DNA of 64,000 nucleotides, taken from NCBI GenBank assembly GCA_020184695.1, contig JAANOX010000207.1, forward strand, positions 124,001 to 188,000. The letters run 5' to 3'. This document shows positions 57,300-64,000 of the stretch, in pieces (the stretch's first letter is position 1; every line of letters starts with the position of its first letter). Source of the DNA: Histomonas meleagridis 2922-C6/04-290x. Taxonomy: Eukaryota; Protista; Parabasalia. Both the position numbers and the translations under genes were made by a program. Under the pieces are notes generated by a model. The model was not told the DNA's origin and ran no database searches. It saw only the letters and a list, made by a program, of their open reading frames with translations.

Positions 57300-58384
57300 T
57301 GAATACAGATCGTTTATTATTAGGGCTGAACAAGGCCGAGAACATAATCAACCTTTACAAACAAGGATTCAGCCAAACTGCATGTTGGAACTCATCAAGT
57401 TGGTGATACAATTCGACAGTTTACCTCAACGAATGAAATCCCAAAAGAATCAAAACGTGGAAGGCCTCAAGTAATTAATAATCAGATAAAAGAATATATC
57501 GAAATTAAAACACTTCAAGACGCATCATTAACATCAGTTAAATTATCACAACAAATAGAAGAAATTTTTCATCAATCAATTTCACCACAATATGTTTCAA
57601 AAATTAGAAACGAAATGAGATTTCAGTATCGACCTCCTAAAACAGAACAGCTTTTAAACGAAGAACAGATTAATGCAAGAAAAAAATTTTGCTCGAAAAT
57701 GTTAACACAAACACAATTTTTGGATAAAATTGCCTTTTCGGACGAATGTAGATTTGTATTAGGTAAAGACAATCGATGGGTGTGGGTAAGAAAAGGAGAT
57801 TATACTCCAAATTCAATATCAAGAAATGTAAAATTTCCCCAGTCAATTATGATTTTTGGGGTAATTTCATGTAACTATAAGAGCAAACTTGTAATAATTA
57901 AAAAATCTGTGAACTCTGAGCAATATATAGAGAATATGATTAAATCTGATTTCATCAATGGGATGAATGAACTACATGGAAAATTAGATTGGGTGTACAT
58001 GCAGGACGGAGCTAGGTGCCACACATCTGTTGATTCTATTGATTGGCTGGAGGAGCGACTCGATGTGATTACTGATTGGCACCCAACTCCCCCAACTTAA
58101 ATCCCATAGAATTACTATGGGCAATAATGAAGCGTATTGTAGCTGAACAAATGCCGAGCACTGTAGAGCAGCTTAAAGAACTGCTTGAAAAAACTTGAAA
58201 TGGATCTGACATGGGATTAATTAACGTGCTTTGTTCGGGTTTCGTCGACCGTTTACGCCTCTGCTTGAAAATGGAGGGGCAGTCGATTTCAAGATTCTTA
58301 GGATTAGCGAAAGATTTAAAAGAGGCTATCCTAAAAAAAAAATTATACGCGATGGACAGAAGAAGAGGACATGTTACTTCATGA
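57300..58384 (+). mobile_element. Decayed IS630-Tc1-mariner (DD34E) transposase
   Basis: KRGRP linker, FSDECRF, MQDGARCH, and PNSPNLNPIE after a 1-nt deletion near 58080; 34 residues between the second D and E; TGA at 58196; probable frameshift near 57375; TIRs not found. Confidence 0.9.
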
Positions 58385-58665
58385 TTTGGTAACGAAAATT
58401 GGACATCAATGGAAATTGATTTCCCAACATATAAACAAAAGAGATCCGATTTCATGCAAAAATAGGTGGTACACATGTGTAAGAAAGAAGTAGCCAGAAA
58501 TATTGGAAAAAAAATAAAAAATTTATTAATAAAAATTGAATAAAAAAGAGATTTTCGAAATTAAATCGACAATAATCCAGTTGTCAATTTTGAGAAGTTT
58601 ACATACTATCTTATCATTTTTCAATCTATCGTAATGCCTAATTATTTTCACCAGTTTATATTCAA

Positions 58666-59155
58666 ATGGAATTATGTTCAACCTTAAATATCACTGAATC
58701 ATGTGAAAAAGATTCATTTTATGACAAACTTCAAAAATGTATTGATATTTCTAAGTGCCTTAAATATCTCCACGATAACAATATCATTCATCGTGACTTA
58801 AATCCCTCCAATATTGTTATTGGAAACGATGATCTTCCAAATATCATTGATTTTGGCATCTCATCATTTAATATGTTCATAAACGACGATGCCATAAAAT
58901 GTTCGACGCCACTTTATGCTTCTCCGGAACATAAAGAAAAGGAAAATCTGAATCCTAAATTTGATATTTATAGCCTTGGAATCATTTTCCTCGAAGTTTT
59001 AATCCTCGAATGTCGAAAATGAAAACTATAAAACAACTTAAGGAAAACGGCGAAGCAAAAACTTAAAATCACTTATCAGGAAAATGACTGATAAGGATTC
59101 AAGCAAAAGACCAAACGCTGATGAAGTAATCAGTGCACTTGAGTCTTTGCATTAA
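58666..59155 (+). pseudogene. Protein kinase C-lobe fragment
   Basis: Starts at the hinge (MELC); has HRDLNPSN, DFG, YASPE, DIYSLG; KRP motif in another frame; no N-lobe. Confidence 0.8.
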
Positions 59156-59349
59156 AATAAATAATATGAAAAACCAATTTTTATATCATTGGATATGTTT
59201 TTTAATAAAAAAACTCATTTTTTAATTATTTTTTATTTCGAAATGAAATTGTGTAAATGCGTTAGAAAAGCTTTTGATTTTCTGGTCGAAGAATCGATAG
59301 AGAGAGCGAATACATGATAAACTTCTTAGCATAATATTCATTTCCCAGA

Positions 59350-59770
59350 TTTTTGGATCTTAAAACATTAAATTGCAATTCAAGAAGTTAAAGCTTGTAC
59401 TTAATTAAACAATTTTGATCATGTACAAATTTAGAAACAATTATTATTGTAGGAAATGTCAAAAGTATTAATGATGGTGCTTTTAATATCTGTGAACAGA
59501 TTAGATGTATTTATTATTATGGTTAATCAGAACCAAACATTTCATCACCAGCCTTTACATATGTATTGAATCAATAAATGTTATTTCATTATAACGATAT
59601 AATATTTGATCCTTTTAATGTTACAAAAGAAACAACTGTTGAAGGATGTATTACTTGGTCAACTCAAACTTTCACATAATCAAATTCATTTTCTAATTCA
59701 AATATTTTTTCAGATCAAATACATTCACACGCGAATACATTTACGAGATCTAATTCGTTTACTATTAATA
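59350..59770 (+). pseudogene. BspA-like fragment
   Basis: NLETIIIVGNVKSINDGAFNIC LRR and SNSFSNSN stalk repeats with stops. Confidence 0.65.
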
Positions 59771-60044
59771 CCTGTAAGTCGGTTAGATGGTATTAAAAGA
59801 GTTATTATATCAAAGGTTTACGAGCTGAGAGAGCGATATTATGCAATTACATCAAAAATTCCTTGAAAATTTAAATTTTGCTGAAGTTCTGATTCTGATA
59901 TATTAGTGTCCATATCTAACAGGTTAGCAGTGATATTATGCAGTTAAATAAAAAAACACAACTTATCTCATGAGAAAAATACTATTCAAATTGTAAATTT
60001 AAGTTTTACCGATTTTTTTACTCAATTAAGCAAATGTTTTTATG

Positions 60045-60632
60045 TTAAATATGACTAATGAATTTTTCTTCTTTGAAATCATCAGCAAATGGATCTTCAT
60101 CAATATTATTCGTTGATGTCCCCATTGCAAATGTATTTTCTTTTTCATTTTGATTTTCTTCGAAACTTTTTGCTTCTTGTTCATTACTTATTTGCTTTTT
60201 ATTATGAATTCGCACCAAAACTATGATAAGTATTGCAATTATTACAATTACGACAACTGCAACGCAAACACTTATAATTATAATTGTGTTTTTATTATCA
60301 CCTTTAATATTTTCATTTTGATATATAATTGTAAAGAAATTACTATAATATATGTAATATGTCGAATATACAACAACAGTATATTCGTAATAAATAAATT
60401 CACTCAAAACATAAGTTAATGCCGAATTAAATATAGATATAGAAAATGAATTCGAATAAGTCGATTTATAAATACTTATTGTTTGCGTAATAGATAATGA
60501 TTGTGTTAATGTTATTGTATTCGTTAATGTTATACCATTTGAATATGAAAAAGTAAATGAATTCGAAACAACAAATGAAATTTCATATGAATTCGTAAAT
60601 GCATTAGATTTAGTATATGCATTTGATTTCAT
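60045..60632 (-). pseudogene. Stalk-TM-tail fragment of a BspA-type surface protein
   Basis: SNAFT repeats, SEFIYYEY motif, TM helix, DEDPFADDF tail; upstream ectodomain is broken. Confidence 0.7.
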
Positions 60633-61111
60633 TAATGTATTCGATTCACAAGATCAAATACATTTACAACATCATTACAAGTAATTCAATATTTTTCAAT
60701 AACATACACACGCACAATCACTAAGTATTTATAATTTTACTTATCCATATTTACTTTCATTTGCTAATGAATACATATATTTCTTCATATTTTGTTTGTT
60801 AGAATTTTACAATGCCCAACAATTTTCAGTTAATATAATAATTTAAATTGTTTTGATATTCCCTGAAATATTATAAGCAATAAAAATAGTAATGCAACTA
60901 GTTTAAGAGTAAGAAATAATTCGGTGACATCAAGTTCAAAACATATGAAAGAAATCAACGAAAATATTCAAGAAATGACTAAAGAAGTTAAATGTTAATG
61001 ATAAACATACAAATTACATAAAAATGAAAATTATTTAATGAATTCATTTATTAATGTTTAATATTCACAAAAGTTCTTACTGTTTAAAGAATTTACACAT
61101 TATTATCATTT

Positions 61112-63343
61112 TTATAGCCATTGGTCCTGATCTTCCAACACGAGCTCATTATATTCCTGATTTACTTCATCTGATCTCATATCGCTTCCAGTTGAATTTT
61201 TAGTTTCTAATTTTAATGCTGTTGATTCGCTGTTACTTTTCTTTGATTTCTTCACAAGGAATATGATAATTCCCATAATCAGCAAAACTGCAATTATTGC
61301 GCCACAGATAATACCTATCAAAGCCTTTTGAGAAATACCATTTCCCACAGGATTTATGATGTCGATAATTGTGAAGAAATTCGAATAAAAACTATATAAC
61401 GTCGAATAACGAGTCAAAATATATTCATAATAAATTAAATCTGTTCTGACATATGTACTACTAACTCCAATTAAAGTCAAAACATATGAATAAGAATATG
61501 TACCAGAAATTGTAACAGTTTCAGTGATGGAATATGAATTCGTAAGCGAAAGTGTCAGCGTTACATTCGAAGGTAATAATGTATTCGACTTCGTGAACGT
61601 ATTCGACTGAGTAAATGTATTCGTAAATGTGTTTGAGTATGTGTTCGATCGTGTGAACGATTGCGTTGGCGGGAGACATTCATCAATGACTGTTCCTTTA
61701 CTGACATTTATACCGCAGAATGTTTGGCCGATGTATGAATCGCTTGTCATGACACTTCTGATTAAATTATTATTATCAAATACATCCGATTTATTCGTTG
61801 GGACTGTTTCGCCATAATAAAAAACACATGTGAGATTGCAGCATGATGCAAATGCTTTGTCGCCAACTGACGTTATATTGCATGGAATTTCGATGTTCCT
61901 CAATGAGATACAATTACAGAATGCATTAATATCAATTGAAGTGACATTTGTTGGGAATGTATATGTTTCGTTTGTTTTCCCGCATGGATAACAAATAATT
62001 TTTGTGACGTTTTTGTTATATAAAATACCATCTTCGTTATAATTGGAATAATTTGCGTTTTCGCTGGAAACTTTAATCATTTGAAGTTTGGAACAAAATG
62101 AAAATGCAGAATCTCCAATTGTTGTTACTTTGTTTGGAATTGTAATATTTACTAATGATGTGCAATTATAAAATACAAAATTTCCAATTCTTTCAACATT
62201 TTCTCCAATAAAAACTATTCTCAAACTAAAACATGAATAAAATGCAGAACTTCCAATTTCTGTTACTTTATTGGGAATTGTAATATTTACTAATGATGTG
62301 CAATATGAAAATGCAGAATTTCCAATTTCTGTTACTTTGTTTGGAATTGTAATATTTAGTAATGATGTGCAATATGAAAATGCAGAAATTCCAATTCTTT
62401 CAACATTTTCTCCAATTAAAACTATTCTCAAATTAGAACATGAATAAAATACATAATTTCCAATTTCTGTTACTTTGTTTGGAATTGTAATATTTACTAA
62501 TGATGTGCAATATGAAAATGCAGAACTTCCAATTGTTGTTACATTTTCTCCAATAAAAACTATTCTCAAATTAGAACATGAATAAAATGCAGAATTTCCA
62601 ATTGCAGTGATTGATTCATTCATTTTGATACTTTCCAAATTATTCCACTCTGAAAAACAATTATCTCCAATTCTAGTGATGGAACCTCCAATAATAATAT
62701 GAATTGTTTCGTTTTTATATCATGTTATATTATTATAATCTGTTGAATTGGAAATATAAAGTGTTTTAGTTGAATTATCAAAAGTTGAGAATCCATTTGC
62801 GAACAATAAAACAAAAAACACTAAAAACAAATTAATGTTTTTATGTCGCAAAAAAGTTTTCGATAAGTGAAATTTAATCAAAAACACAATAAATGAAACT
62901 ATATAAGTGTTATCATTTCTAAAAAATGAAAAATTACTATCAATAATGAATTTATGAATTTTTGCCAAAAAAATGAAAATTTCTTTTTTTGTTTGCGTTA
63001 ATAATATGTTTTTTGATCGTATAAGGTATGTTTGGTAACATATTTCTTTTGATTTTACCAAAATGTTAGCAGATTGTTGATCATCAAATGTGTTGAAATT
63101 TTTGTTGTTAAAAAGATGAATAAATGGTGAAAAAGAACTTGCAGTAGTAGACGCAAAGTCACATTGGTTTTCTGTTTGATTTTGTTGGTGATGGAAATGT
63201 AAATGTTTATTAAAAACAAAGGTGAAAACTATTTTACTTGTAAAAATGAGAAGAATAAAAACTTGAATTCTTGGTGCTCTTAAAACAAAATGATGAGGTT
63301 TAATAAAGTACTTCAAAATTGTTGTTCTGTTTGGATTTGACAT
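61112..63343 (-). CDS. BspA-like (TpLRR) surface protein with one in-frame TGA
   Basis: Tandem 23-aa LRRs (TSLVNITIPNKVTEIGNSAFSYC), SNTFT stalk, TM helix; ORFs 63343-62720 and 62638-61112 share a frame and are separated only by TGA at 62720-62722. Confidence 0.8.
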
Positions 63344-63842
63344 GGAAGGTCGTAGCCTATCGTTTCTGATCGCTTAGTCAATGCACCGTTCATTACGTCT
63401 TCAAAATTATGATTTTTTGTATGATGTCGATATATGATAAAAAACAAAAAAATGAGATTTTTCGAGTTCTACCTATTTCGTGAGATCTATTTTGTTTTGG
63501 AAGATATTCTTGTTTTAGTTTGGTAATAATTGAATAGAAAGTTATGGAAACATAAAAAAGGTTTGTGAATTGACTAACTTTATTCGAATTTTTGTCGAAC
63601 AAGGTATAAAGCGGTTTTGACATTTTGATTCGATTATTAAAAAATTACAAATTTATAACATTTCTTTCAGATCAATATTTTCATACAAACTTCCGTTTCA
63701 GCCTAAAATGACTTCATATAAACAAAGCATTGCGCAAGTACAATATCGTTGAGGAATGCGAAGCTGAAGTCGATTTGTTTGGCTGCAAATTGTTCACTTC
63801 TTTAACGAATATAAAAACAAAATTATTTCATTAGTTGAAAGT

Positions 63843-64000
63843 TTACTTCAGTGCGTTCTGGATGTAGATCATGAGCATCACCACATCTCTCGACTTCGAC
63901 ATGAACTTGGCCAAGTTCTTCCTTGTGTTTCCTGCGCCTGCGACATCGCCTGAGTTCAATTGCTGCACGAACATTGATAAGTTTTGTATCAATTCCTCCG
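63843..64000 (-). CDS. C-terminal end of a gene running off the window
   Basis: Open frame EELIQNLSMFVQQLNSGDVAGA...IQNALK* with higher, coding-like GC. Confidence 0.6.
   Translation of the reverse strand, partial: EELIQNLSMFVQQLNSGDVAGAGNTRKNLAKFMSKSRDVVMLMIYIQNALK

Noticed and set aside
59773-59925. About 150-bp MITE with ACCTGT...ACAGGT ends
   Set aside because: The inverted repeat is short and interrupted, with no clear TSD and no second copy in the window
62720-62722. Alternative genetic code (TGA or TAR reassigned)
   Set aside because: Conserved genes here end at TGA (Ras, TLK, EFR3, PDI), TAA (RPL12) and TAG (PPP); reassignment would not fix the spacer frameshifts
63903-63918. Perfect palindrome GAACTTGGCCAAGTTC
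   Set aside because: Lies within a coding frame, with no other supporting structure
1-64000. tRNA, rRNA and canonical parabasalid spliceosomal introns
   Set aside because: No cloverleaf, rRNA-like segment or ACTAAC-anchored 3' splice motif was found by eye; a tRNAscan/Infernal run would be needed to exclude them

Overview
AT-rich eukaryotic DNA, almost certainly from a parabasalid protist (Histomonas/Tritrichomonas/Trichomonas-like). Support: DUF3447-ankyrin and BspA-like family expansions, TCA(C/T)T initiators just before ATGs, a CCTTT (M5) motif before RPL12, and long single-ORF housekeeping genes. The species cannot be fixed from sequence alone. The window holds conserved genes (Ras, APC7-like, pyridoxal kinase, Tousled-like kinase, Got1, EFR3, PDI, PPP phosphatase, SAS-6, TMEM62-like, RPL12, ABCB), bacterial-type genes (GNAT, cupin, GH9 fragment), surface proteins, a decayed DD34E Tc1-type transposase and many pseudogene fragments. 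The main unexplained structure is in four DUF3447-ankyrin genes, where every ankyrin repeat is a separate coding module, typically 90 nt. The modules are split at the same point (the beta-hairpin, between ...DINAKD and TAL...) by AT-rich, frame-breaking spacers. Of 25 complete spacers measured by hand, 22 are exactly 60, 80 or 100 nt. They are built from degenerate 20-nt units and have no invariant GT-AG, AT-AC or parabasalid branch-point signal. In the best copy (46551-49538) all 11 modules are stop-free and frame-compatible, which suggests precise removal by an unrecognised mechanism. That interpretation is inference and needs transcript data. Several ORF-track starts are TTG/GTG and were moved to the first ATG.
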